NCBI GenBank assembly: GCA_038496445.1
Contig: JALMLS010000142.1
Span: 82-64,081, forward strand
DNA from: Trichosphaerium sp. ATCC 40318
Lineage: Eukaryota; Protista; Tubulinea
DNA length: 64,000 nt
Reading direction: 5' to 3'
The first letter of the stretch is position 1; each line of letters begins with the position of its first letter. The translations under genes were made by a program, and so were the position numbers. Under the pieces are notes generated by a model. It did no database searches. It saw only the letters and a program-made list of their open reading frames with translations, and had not been told where the DNA came from. Below, one piece after another: positions 13,363 to 25,729 of the stretch.

Positions 13363-14320
13363 TTTTTTTTTAGTACTAAAAAAAGTCACCAACACAAACA
13401 ACAAAAGTGTAAACAAGATAAATAATGTTACTCAACCTGACAGGTGTCTTTGTTCATGATGTTGTAGGATACAGAAAGAATTGTTACATATTGTTCTTTG
13501 TATTAGACAGGTAAGAAGCTGGCTACAACTCAGTTTCCGGTTTGTGGAGACATGTTGAAAATGTTACAACATCAACAAGCAACATTTTTTGATGTAAACA
13601 ACAAAGAGTACAATAAGGTCCTAAAATATTCTCACGTTTATCTGTACCTGGCTTCAGTACTAGTTAATTAACTTGACGTTAGTATGGTTACATACCGTAG
13701 TATCTAAGTACGCGTATCACGTGGTAGTGTCAAATTCCAATGGTCTTCGAGAATATGTGACGACAGAAAACTTATTGATGTGGGGCGTAGTGTCAAGAAA
13801 TGTATTGGAGAAAAAACAACTCAATACAATCTAATGTTGACCAAAAAAAGCCCAAATTACCGCGGTAATAAGAAATGTCGTTATGGTGATAGCTACCTTA
13901 CAATACGCGTAAAAATGAAACAGTGGTGCAATGTCGTCATTACATCAGAATAAGGAGAAATTCGTTGTAGGTTTCTAACCAACCACAAATCTAAACCATG
14001 CGCGTAGACACGTAACTTTACGTATGACTGATTTCTTTAACTAGCAGTTTCAAAAACGATTGCTGACGTCTTAATTACTGCAAATTACTCAAGAAATTTA
14101 CTGTTGATAGCGTATCAGATAAAGTACGTACGTCATAAAACGTTACGGGGTACCTTAAGGATGAATTCGTTAAGTTGTACCTAATTAGGGAAAAAGATGC
14201 TCCACGCGATCGAAAATTTGCTGTCGCGTGGTTCCTGGTGGAGAATTGGCGGACAATATTACCGCCGTATACAGTAAATTGGCCTACTAACGTTACAACA
14301 AAAGCACAACTTATTCTAAA

Positions 14321-15012
14321 ATGGCTCAACTGCAGAATTCGATGTAAGTTGGAAATTACTTACACTTCCCAACGCTTTTACTTACGGGGCTTCTAGGCTT
14401 ACTTCTCTACCACTAGAACTGCAACATATCATTTTTAACGTAAATCCAGACGTGTACAAAGTATGGCCTTTAATTTGTCGTCAAAACAGCGTAACGTCTC
14501 GTTTCACGCACTCTTTACAAAAATCTGGACGTTGGAAGCGGTTTAATGATCAAAAGCTTACAAAAACACAAATATTTGAATCAGGCACACTAGAAGGTGA
14601 ATGCAAGTGGTATTATCCCAACGGAACACTTTTTGAACACTGTTTTTACACAAACAACAAATTATCAGGCAATTACAGAAATTTTAACGAATCTGGAAAT
14701 CTTGTCCGTCTATGTCAATATAAACAAGGTATACTACACGGACATTATACTGAGATGGATGACTACGGTAATTTATGGAAGTTTTGTACATACAAAGAAG
14801 GTATTCTTCACGGAGAATATTTAGAATTTTGGTCAAACGGACAACAGAAGAAGACTTGTAAATATGTAGATGGTGTTATTTCTGGTGCTGTAAATACTTG
14901 GGATCCTAGAGGACAATGTACATCTAAACTACAATCCGCAAAAACGGAACAAAATACAGTGGCAGAGCCACTTGTACCTGTCGATCATAGAAGACCGGTT
15001 GCGAGCTGTTAA
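14321..15012 (+). CDS. F-box + MORN-variant repeat protein (one 5' intron)
   Basis: MAQLQNSM|LTSLPLELQHIIF (intron GTAAGT..CTAG 14344-14396), followed by G.L.G....YYPNG repeats. Confidence 0.85.
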
Positions 15013-15396
15013 ATAATAATACCAACAATTTTTTCTCACAAAGTCTTTGCGCTCGCCTTCTACTTTCAGTTTTTCTATTAGACGCGCCGCATTGTTATAT
15101 CAATGGTTGACGGATTAGTACGGAGTGGTTCTCTAGCGCCAGTTGCTCGTTGTGGTTGGCCAGCGAGTTCTTGTAAACATTGCCTTAATCATCTTTGTTT
15201 TGCTCTTAGCAACAGTTCCATACTCGTTCTCAATTTAAAACACCACGTGACGTGCAAGTTCTTTCTCGACAAGTTTCATAGCATGTTATAACTTCGCGGC
15301 CGTAGTTGTCAGTGCGGACTGACGATTCTTTTTTTTTTTGCCTAAGTCAGGTGTATTCCCAAGGTGCATTATTCATTTGTCGAAAGTTAGTTATAA

Positions 15397-18300
15397 ATGG
15401 AGGGTGAACTGGCATCCCGATTTTTTAAATGCTATGAGCACCCAACGCCTGCGGAAGGTATATTACGCTGTTGCATAACGTTGTAGACTTATTGTGATGT
15501 GTAGCATGGATTATTCAACCAAATCAGTTGTTAACGCTCTGGAAGCAACCAGATGTAAAGAATAACGTGAATAGAAAGTTTTTGCGTAGTTTCACAACAG
15601 ACACGCTTGCCAGTACAAATTTTCCACAACAACTGCATAATACGGTTGCCACCGTTCCTTCTCCTTCGGGGTCTATGTTGGTATCTTTTAAAACCTCATC
15701 TGAGGATAACAAGACGAAAAACTTTATTGAGGTACTAGAGACGCCCGAAATGACATATCTTGAGTGTATTGATTCGAAATGTAACGTTTATGTGGCTTTT
15801 AGATATGGAATAAGTCAAGACTCGTATGTAGTATACAAACGGATGATATTCACGGTAAACTTTACAGTGGCGAGCGTTTTGGTTCGTTTGCTTGGTCCTC
15901 TGATGAGAATTACTTGGCGTATGTTGCCGACAAGAAACAAGCTAAAACAGGTAACTACTGGGATAAGCAAGAAGGCACGTGTTCCGACTGTAAAAAAGAA
16001 TTTCTTCGGTTCATCACGTGACGTTTTTTCTTTTGGCTAAATTTTATCTTTAGAGGGATCAAAAGCAAACCTTGGTGATAATTATGTATTCAAAGAGGAT
16101 TGGGGAGATACATACACAACTGGAAATCCTTATATCTTCATGATTGATGTATCTCATAAGCGTATTGTTGAATTTGAAATAGACATTACAGAAAAATTAT
16201 CGTTTGGAAATGTATGTTTTTTACACTCCTGCCTCTTACGCTTGTTTGTGGACTATCTCTACTTTTTATTGATATCTTCTTAGCCTATATTCCATCCACA
16301 GAAGCCTATTCTAATGTTTGAGGGTTATAATACTGAGCCACGAAGGTTGGGTATTATTTATTGTTATAATCGTCCTTGTGGTATTTATACTATTGATATG
16401 ACCGAAGAGTTCAATCCATTGGGTACATGGTCGTGTGTAAAAGTTTTTTAACCATATTTAAGATCTAAGAGATCCATTGGTAAAAGTACAAGTGCATGCA
16501 AGTACGTCATTTCCACATGCAATAAAATCTTTTAAGAAAAAAAGGTCACTTATCATTTTTTTTCTATAGCAAGGATTGACATGCCACATTGGGAAGCCTA
16601 CAGCCCAAGATTTTCTCCAAATGGAGATTTTATTGTATTCTTAGCATACAGAAGTACGACAGGAACTCATAATACGTGTATGGAGTTGCACAAGGTAAAA
16701 AAAGAACATAACAAAAAGTTATACTTATTTTGTTTTATAGTACTCTATGGAAAAAAAGGAACATTCAGTGTTGGTAGCTCAAGTGTCTCGTAGTAACAAT
16801 GAAGACGAATTTGGTGGTATATATGCAATTGAATTACCTCAAAATTGCTTTGTTACTGAGAATCATATTATCATACAGACGCTATGGAGAAGTTCTACGG
16901 TATGTGAATTTGTTACTTGTTTTTTGAAAGTTATCACAAATACTTGCCACCTCGTGCAGTTTATGTTAAATCATAAATCAGAATTTCTGTTTATTTAAAA
17001 TGGAACACATCACTTGGGAGTTTTTGAATGACTCTCAAGTGATGAGAGTCTTTGATTTGCTTGCTCTATTACAAGTTTTGAAAACAATGTATAAGAGTTT
17101 TTGTTTCTTACCTTTTTTTGAAAGAGACTTGTTCATGTTGATCTTTCAAACGGATCAGTAAAACCTCTAACACCACGTACGTTGTAAATTAATATCAGAA
17201 AAAAAAATGCCACGAAAGGAACGTAATAATGAAGTTGACTTGTTTCTATCAAAATAGTTGACATGGTAACAAAAGTACTTGCTATTGGTAATGATAAGGT
17301 ATTCGCTGTTGAGAGTAGTCTTCAACAAAAACCTACACTAGTATCCTATGATATAACTACAAAGGACGATATCATTACTCTAGAGAAAAGGAACGCTTAC
17401 ACTGAAGATACAAATAATATCCCAGCAACAAAAACAAAAGTATTAAAGTCAATTGCAACCAGGAAGAATGGATACAATATCGAGTATTTTATGCTATTAC
17501 CTAATAAACAACAAGTCAAAGATGAATCTTTACCACTTGTAATGTATCCACATGGTACGTAGTAGTTCCTTTTCACGAAATTGTACTTTTTTTTTTTTCT
17601 ACTTTTTTTCTGTTTTTTCTTCTTGGCTTGTATGAGCCTTCTCATACTTGATATCAAGTATGGGAGGTTGGCTATGAGCTCACAAAACAATTGAACACTT
17701 GTATTGATCGTTTTGTTTTCAAACTGAAGTGGTTATGTCGTATTAATCAATAAGAAAGGTGGCCCACATTCGGCTTTTACTATGGATTATTCTGCAATTA
17801 TGACATTCTTGGTCGGGTTGGGTTACGCTGTTGCAGTACCTAATTATCGCGGTTCCATTGGATACGGACAAGATTTCGTAGATGTGCTTCCTGGTAATTG
17901 CGGTACTTTTGAAGTACAAGACGTGCAGGTACATTACAAAACAACTTTAATTAGTGAAACATGATTCTTTTAACGTGTTTATAGCTTGTCATGGAAGACA
18001 TTTGGAAGAAAAACCCCGGGTTAGTAAGTAAGGAAAACATTGGTGTCATGGGAGGAAGTCACGGTGGATTTACCGCTACACAACTTATTGGACAGGACCC
18101 TCGGTAAGGGCACCTTTCTTGCTCTCATTTTATTAACACTGTTTCTAGCTTCAAAGTTGCGGTTGTTAGAAATCCTGTATGTTCTGTTTGTTGTAACCTC
18201 AAATGCCCACTTGTTTACTGTATTTTAGGTAATTAATATTGCTGCGTTGGCAATAGTATCTGATATCCCTGATTGGAGTTTAATGGAAGCGACAGGAAGT

Positions 18301-18887
18301 TGTAAAACAAAATTAACTGGCGATGTTTTAAAGGTATTTGTATTGGACTCTATTTTCCCTTCTAACCGTCCTCTTTTAAAGAAAATGCATGAAATGTCAC
18401 CTATTGCACATGTTGACAAAGTAAAGGCACCAACTTTGGTACGGCTTAGAACCCTACTTCGAACTTTTTTCTCACGGAAACACTTCGTTCTTCTTTTTTT
18501 CTTACTATTTGATAGCTTCTCCTCAGCACCGGCGATAAACGTGTGCCTCCATCTCAAGGTAGTTAATATGTTAACTATATAAAGTTCAAGTGGTCAAGTT
18601 GTTCGCAATTAGAACATGTATAAGTACTATCTATTGCGAACAAGTTGACCTCCCTTACTAGTTGTGAGTGACAATTAACACTTAAATTATAGGAAAAGAG
18701 TATTTCTATGCACTAAAGGAGCGTGGTGTAGAGACTGAGATGATTGTGTATCCAGACGAGGTAAGTAGTATGTTTGTGATTATCTGATTGTGATTTGTAC
18801 CTGTAGTATCACGCTGTTATACAACCTGAACATCTCGCTGATTTTTGCATTAAACATGCTGTATGGTTTAATAGGTATCTAAAGTAA
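15397..18887 (+). CDS. APEH: Acylamino-acid-releasing enzyme (peptidase S9C), many exons
   Basis: SPSG, FAWSSDE, FKEDWG, YCYNRP, SPRFSPNG, PLVMYPHG|GPHS, NYRGSIGYGQ, nucleophile GGSHGG, RNP|VIN, MSPIAHVDKVKAPTL, D.RVP, catalytic His in DE|YH. Confidence 0.95.
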
Positions 18888-18980
18888 CACTTTTACAAGA
18901 AAAAAGAAAACAGAGAGAGATACAAGAGCGAGAGCAAGCCAGCCTTACGGTAATAAACTAACACTTAAATTACATTATCC

Positions 18981-19823
18981 TCAACATATGATACACCCTT
19001 TCTCTCGTTTACCATTGACATAAGTAGATTGAGACTTCAATGTGCCATCAATGTTCCATGTCTTTTGCTCTCCATGAAGCTCGCCTTTTACATAGTGGGC
19101 AACAGCCTTTAGTTGCCCATTTTTAAACCACCTCATTGCCTCTCCTTCAAGTTTACCATTAACATAGTTACATTGCTTACGCAGTTGACCATTTGGAAGC
19201 CAAGATTTTGCTTCACCCTCCATGTTACCTCTGACATAGTAACACTGATCACTTAACTTTCCGTTATCATGCCACATTTTGTATTCTCCTTCGAGTTTAT
19301 CATTAACATAGTTTCTAAGCTCGTACTGCTTTCCAAACTCATCCCAACACTTGTACTCTCCTTCTAGTTTACTATTGGCATAGTAACATTGATAACGTAA
19401 TTGACCATTGAAGAACCATTGATTTTGTTCCCCTTCAACAAAATCTTGAACATAATTACACTTCATTTGAAGTGTACCATTATCATGCCATTTCTTGTAC
19501 TCTCCTTCAAGCTTACCTTTAACATAACAACCCTCTACTTTCAATGGACCAAAATCATACCATTTCTTAAACTCTCCTTCGAGTACACCATGATTCCAAT
19601 GGTATTGTTGTAGTACTTGTACATTCGACTCATCAACTTTATTCCTTTTTATCCATTTGCCTTGTTTTTTGAAATCACAGTCAAACCTTGAACTCACAGC
19701 TGTTTGTTTTGATAACAGAGGCCATTGAACGTATAATTTAATATCCAAATCGACAATATCGAGTAGTAGCTCAGTAGGAAGACCCAATAAATGGCAAAGA
19801 TTCGATTTTGTACCAGTATTCAT
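18981..19823 (-). CDS. F-box + MORN-variant repeat protein, intronless
   Basis: LLGLPTELLLDIV F-box-like motif, then about nine 24-aa repeats (Y..GKLEGEYK.W..NG.L). C-terminus KGCIIC is CaaX-like. Confidence 0.9.
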   Translation of the reverse strand: MNTGTKSNLCHLLGLPTELLLDIVDLDIKLYVQWPLLSKQTAVSSRFDCDFKKQGKWIKRNKVDESNVQVLQQYHWNHGVLEGEFKKWYDFGPLKVEGCYVKGKLEGEYKKWHDNGTLQMKCNYVQDFVEGEQNQWFFNGQLRYQCYYANSKLEGEYKCWDEFGKQYELRNYVNDKLEGEYKMWHDNGKLSDQCYYVRGNMEGEAKSWLPNGQLRKQCNYVNGKLEGEAMRWFKNGQLKAVAHYVKGELHGEQKTWNIDGTLKSQSTYVNGKREKGCIIC

Positions 19824-20074
19824 CTATTTATCACCAATCCTCAAATTGAACGATGTGAACTAGGTACAGGAAGTGGTAGAGCGATGTTATGATAACTCCG
19901 GTGTTACTCGCTATTAGTGTAGCGAGAAATTGACTTTTTGTTATTGGTTTGTGTACATAACTAAAGTCAACTCCGGTCCATCTAGATCACGTTTACGTAC
20001 TTAATACAATATCACCACAAACCTGCAAACAAACTTTCGCTTTAAAAAAAATACATTAGCTAGGAAATTATATA

Positions 20075-21012
20075 ATGAACTCAACTACAGCATTCTTTGA
20101 TGAGATTCCAGTAGAATAATAATTATTATTCTACAATTCGTTTCCACGTTATCTATGCATTCCGTTGTATGTACGTGTACGTTATTATCAAATGTAGCAA
20201 CACAGCACCTGGGATTTGAACTGAAACCGGCTAATACTGTGGTTAATACAAAGAAAGAACTAAAACAACTGTACAAACAATCATCCCCACATATCAGAAA
20301 GACAACTAAAATAATTCTTAAGTTCCCTATTAAACAAAAGCATTTGAAGTACCTACAAGGAGTGTATGCACTCAAAATTCGTAGAATGGAACAGCCAGAC
20401 TGTATGGACTTTACAGATTTTAAAGTGATTGACAGTATCAACTTTACTTATTGTCACTTTGTAACTGATGAGCATCTTCACCAACTATCTAAGGTTACAG
20501 ATGAAGGTGTCAAAGATTTAGCTGGTGTACATACAATTAGAATTAATCTAGCATGGTGCAACGTTACAGATAAAGGTGTTAGAGCATTGGCTGGTGTTCA
20601 CAACATTTGCTTGAATGGTAATACAGATAATGGTATTAAAGCATTGGTTGGTGTTTATGAAATTCATTTGGGTAGTTGTAGCAAAGTTACTGATAAGAGT
20701 ATTAAAATGTTAGTTGCGTTCACACCATCAATTTAAGGAATACAAAAGTGTCAGATGCAAGCATTAGCTGGTATTCATTCAATTACTGTATCAGGGTGTA
20801 AAGTTACAGATAATGGTATTAAGGCATTGGTTGGTGTTAATAGGATCAATGTATTAAAATGTAGTGTGACAGATGATGGAGTTAATGCATTAGATGGCGT
20901 TAGAGAACTTAATGTTTCTCATTGTCAGAATGTTACAATTACTAGTATTGATGGGTGTTATGTTTTAACCAATGAAGCAATGCCTTTGGTTTATTTTAAT
21001 GAGGACCTATAA
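20075..21012 (+). pseudogene. Internally deleted, frameshifted copy of the F-box/LRR gene at 30264-32288
   Basis: The 5' part is near-identical to 32288-31870. A large repeat deletion follows HQLS, with 9-nt and 8-nt microhomology deletions and 1-nt frameshifts at about 20115 and 20716. Confidence 0.85.
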
Positions 21013-21272
21013 ACATTTATTATTGTCTATCTGTAGTGTAAAAATGAACATTTATTTAAGCAGCAAAAACACTCACTCTCAATACTCTTTCTAAAGTGTG
21101 TAACAATCGGTGATATGTTTGTTGTTTTTAAGTTTGCTTTGTCAGCTGTATATCTTTAAGAAGGAATGCAAGTGCCTTAAAAAAGAGGAGTGATGAAATG
21201 CTGACATGGTATTGTTTTATTGCTTTCTCAATTACAAAACATAGTGGGTGTTATGCTGACTTAACTATATTA

Positions 21273-22222
21273 TTAAATCCTGCGACAACACGTAGGAACT
21301 TCACATACAGGACCTATGCTCTCACAGTTTGTAATGAAAGGGAATTGGTCAGAAAAACAACTAGAAAACAGAGATTGTTAGCTAACATCTGTTTTCTGAC
21401 TATTAACAAGAGTACCAATCACTGCCGGAGCCTCCTGTTATCACCAATGCCGAATTGATTTGAGTGGCAGTGACTATATCACATCCAGCACCTCCATCAA
21501 CAACCACTTCAGGTGTACTACCAGAAAATTGACGAAGGGTAATTACATCATTGCCTGGCCCAGTAGAAATACCTTGTATAGTTGCTCTTGCAACATCAAT
21601 TGAATCATCACCTGCACCAGTATCAACAGGTCCAAATTCCCCGTTTCGTATGATAATAGTATCACTACCTCCACCAGCTTTTATAGAGTTGTGTTTAGGT
21701 TCAGTCCCTGTAGTTAAATGGTTTTCCTATTAATTAAATTGATTGAGTCCCTGGTTCAAGTCCCTTCAAGAGAAAATTCTTTCTCATTTTAAAAAGCTGT
21801 TGGCCAATTCCAAATTCCACCGGATAACCCCCAAAAGAGTGGGTTGCGGCAGGTATGATGGGATGAAAGCTTATAAATGAGTTGATATTGACTAGTGATG
21901 TTGGTTTGATTCTTGGGAACGACCAGGCATGCTGTGCCTGGGTGACCACCCACAAAAACAACTAGCAATCTCCAGACTAGAGGCAAGGTAAAATATACGG
22001 TTGTCAGCCCCCTCATACATGGATGATTCAAATACAAATAGAAAAATAGACTGCCATTTGAAAATTAATACATGGTGCTGGAATGGAAAGGTTCAAACCC
22101 TTAACACAGAAATGTGCTCCACAAATATAATTTCATTGTAGTTGTGTAAAGTTGTAAAACCTGATTGAAAAACATCAATGTTGTATACTGGATGGTGAGA
22201 CATCCCAATAAAAACCATAGAC

Positions 22223-22253
<31 letters not shown>

Positions 22254-23132
22254 TTGTGTTAGTTAGTATGTTTTAAAGAAACGTCTAGAGGGCGTACTTG
22301 CAACACTTCGAATTTCCATATTTTGGAGCTGAATACAATTATCGCCACCAGCGTCTGTTATGTCACCATAATTTTGTGCTGATATTTCATAGCAGTTGTT
22401 TCCAGTCCCTGCAGTAACACTATTCAACCTAAATGAAGTGTTAAGAATGAATAAGTTGTAGTACATACATAACTGGACTAACTGGGCGCACAGCTCCATA
22501 CAAAAAGTCATTGTTACCATCACCCATTGTAATGTCCATAAACGCTTCGCCACTACTTAAATTTATACAGTTATCGCCCTCTCCTGTAGAACTGATTTTA
22601 GAACCTTTTGTGAAGCTTGGTTGAGTACCCATATTGATGGCTGAGTTAAACGTAAATTCGTTCTGAGCCATGAGATAGTCATTACCTCCCATGAGATCAA
22701 TTGCACCTGTTACGGTACTGTCTGATTCAAGGAGAATGCAATCATCGCCTGCTGTTCCCGTTACTGATCCCACAACTGATGTCCCTGTGATTGCAAAGCA
22801 GGATCCAGTAACTGTTGTATTTTGTAAATGTAAATCAAGTAATTTTGCAAAATAATATCACGTGTGTTTTCAGTCTTGTTGGAAAATACATTTTTGTACT
22901 GAAAAACAAACGAAGAACTTTCAAATTAAAACGTACGATCTGTTTGGCTGGTGTCACCGGTTATCATCGTACAGCTGGCTGCCATAAAATCGCAGCTACT
23001 ACAAGCATCACAACCGCAATTACATGATTGTGCTTGTACAAGGGTAGAGAGTACAGTTAAACCTAAAATCTTGTTAAAAACGTAGTCGGGTTGAGCAAGA
23101 GATTTACTTAAAACGAGCGTAATAGTATGCAT
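21273..23132 (-). CDS. Secreted protein with RTX/hemolysin-type Ca-binding Gly-Asp repeats, copy A (SINE in an intron)
   Basis: Signal peptide, Cys-rich N-terminus (SCNCGCDACSSCD), repeats GTAGDD, LMGGND, MGDGNND, DAGGDN, DTGAGDDSI, TGPGNDVI, DGGAGCD, and a Cys-rich C-terminus. GT-AG introns. Confidence 0.75.
21696..22250 (+). mobile_element. tRNA-derived SINE with poly(A) tail and 10-11-bp TSD
   Basis: TSD GAGTTGTGTT at 21686-21695 and 22251-22260. A-box-like TAGTTAAATGG (21711-21721), B-box GGTTCAAGTCC (21753-21763), AATAAA then about 26 A. Absent at the matching site of paralog B (about 24855). Confidence 0.88.
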
Positions 23133-24442
23133 ATTCATCAAGAGATTATGAAAAGATGCTGAACTTGCGAGGAGTTTACGAGATTTGCTTATTAAACTGT
23201 GAATTGATCACTCTGAGCTTGGATTCACATTAAAGTTTGTACATTAAGATGAATAGGAGCTATTGTATGTATTTAAGTGTTTGTAATTAGAATAAACTAG
23301 ATACAAGTCACAATTGTTCTGTTGTATTTGGCGACGCGATACCTGGACGTCATGACAAAATTGGAGGATAGGAGAGATGGTTGCACATGGATTTTATGGA
23401 TTCTAAACCCACCCCTTAACTAACAATTGGATTATGTTAACACCATCAAGCCCAATGTGAAGTTTACATGTTAATTCTAGCCATCCTTATTTGGCTAGAT
23501 TGAACTTATCCATTGATGCTCAATATTAACTTCCTTGCTAGTAAATGGTTCGACCTATTCTTTGTTTCATTTATAACTCAAATCGTATTTTTTTCGTGAT
23601 TTTTGTTTTGAAAATTTCGCACAATTAGGTTATTATTTTTTCATTACAGGCTTGAAATAACCAAGGAGTTAAGTTGATCAGCCTGGATAGATTGTCGATA
23701 TCCAATGTAGCGCCAACTTCATCTGATACTTGCTCCAAGGAATAGCAAGTTATACACCACCTGTGTTAAGAATAAAATTCACCACAACCAAAGTATTAAG
23801 CTCGAAGCGAATACTGTTCAGTGTAGTGATAGGCTGCTATTGGCTATCTTATTGGCTGTGATGTCTTTGTAGTGGAAAGACTGGTGTATTTCTATCATAT
23901 TCGACAGAATAAAGTAGCTGGAGATGTCAAGCCAGTACTTGCGCCATACCAAGTTCAACTAAAGACTGACTCTTGAAAAATAGCATAGCTTTGTGGTGTT
24001 GTTAGCAAATTTGATTGTACCTAACGAACGACGATTCTAGCGTGTATAAGCTCTGTAAGCAAGATGCCCCCAAACTAATTTTAGCTTGTACTAACGTTTC
24101 TAAGGTTGATCATAGTTTATGATGTTTGTCCACTTTAAGCAAACTTGGACTGTAAGTTAAACCACCTCAATATTTCAAGGTTCAGACAAGACATTAAAGG
24201 TACAGATGATATTACATCATTGGCTGAAGCTATTGCACACGTATTATAAGTAAATGCATTTTGCGTTAGCAGGGTCATAAAATTGCAGGGATAAAGGTTA
24301 CATGAACTAAGGCAAGGGCAAAGAAAAAATTACTTCTTTAAGAACCAACACAAGCCTTTTGTTATAAAAGTATGAAGTGATATATCACTGTCATTTATTG
24401 CTATTACAACATTATAGGTGTTACTTTTTACTTAGTACGTTA

Positions 24443-25729
24443 TTAAATCCTGCGGCAACATGTAGGCGGTTCGCATACAGGACCTATGCTCTCACAGTCT
24501 GTAATGAAAGGGAATTGGTCAGAAAAACAACTAGAAAATAGAGATTGTTAACTACATCTGTTTGTTTACAAAATATGTGTACCAATCTATGCCAGAGCCT
24601 CCTGTTATAGTCAAGGACGAACTGAATTCATTGGCAGTGACCATATCACACCCAGCGCCTCCATCAACAACTACTCCAGATGTACCACCACCTAGTTGAC
24701 GAAGGGTAATTACATCATTGCCTGGCCCACCAGAAATATCGAGTATGTTCGCTTGAAAAACATCAATTGAATCATCACCTGCACCAGTATCAACAGTTCC
24801 AAATCCCCCGTTTCGCATGATAACGGTATCACTACCCCCACCAGCTGCTGTAGATTTGTGTTAGTTAGTATGTTTTAAAGAAACGTATAGAGGGCGTACT
24901 TGTAACACTTCGAATGTCCATTGAATTGAGCTGAATACAATTATCGCCACCAGCATCTATTAGGTCACCATACTTCACTGACTCTATTTCATAGCAATTG
25001 TTCCCAGTACCTGCAGTAACGCTATTCAATCTAAATGAAGTGTTAAAGAATGCATAAAATAATTCATTGCATACATAGTAACTGGAGTAAATGGGCCCAT
25101 AGATTTGTACAAAAAGTCATTGTTGCCATCACCCATTGTAACGTCCATAAACGCTTCGCCACCATTTACATTAAGACAATTATCGCCCTCTCCTGTAGAA
25201 CTGATTTAGAACCTTTTGTGAAGCTTGGTTGAGTACCCATATTGATGGCTGAGTTAAAAGTAAACCCATTCTGAGCCATAAGACAGTCGTTGCCTCCCAT
25301 GAGATCAATTGCACCTGCTATTCTACTATCTGATTCAAGGAGAATACAATCATCGCCTGCTGTTCCCGTTACCGATCCCACAGCTGAAATCGCCGTGATT
25401 ACAAAGCAAGAGCCAGCTACTGTTGTAGTTTTGTTAACGTAAATCAACAAAGTAATGCTTCTCGAAAAATGTCACGTGCTGATCTCGTCATTTGAAAAAA
25501 CGTTTTGACCCGAAAAACAAAACAATCAAACGTACGATCTGTTTCACTAGTGTCACCAGTTATCGTCATACAGCTGGCTGCCATAAAATCGCATCTACTA
25601 CAAGCATCACAACCGCAATTACATGTTTGTGCTTGTACAAGGGTAGAGAGTACCGCTAAACCTAAAACCTTGTTTAGAAACAGTTGAGCAACAAAGAGAT
25701 TTACTTAAAACGAGCGTAATAGTATGCAT
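24443..25729 (-). CDS. Secreted protein with RTX-like Gly-Asp repeats, copy B
   Basis: Tandem paralog of copy A with the same intron positions. Motifs VDTGAGDDSIDV, ISGGPGNDVITL, VDGGAGCDMV. Ends CEPPTCCRRI*. Confidence 0.8.

Noticed and set aside
21704-21775. Possible tRNA gene
   Set aside because: It has A/B boxes but no acceptor-stem complement or anticodon arm, so it is the SINE head.
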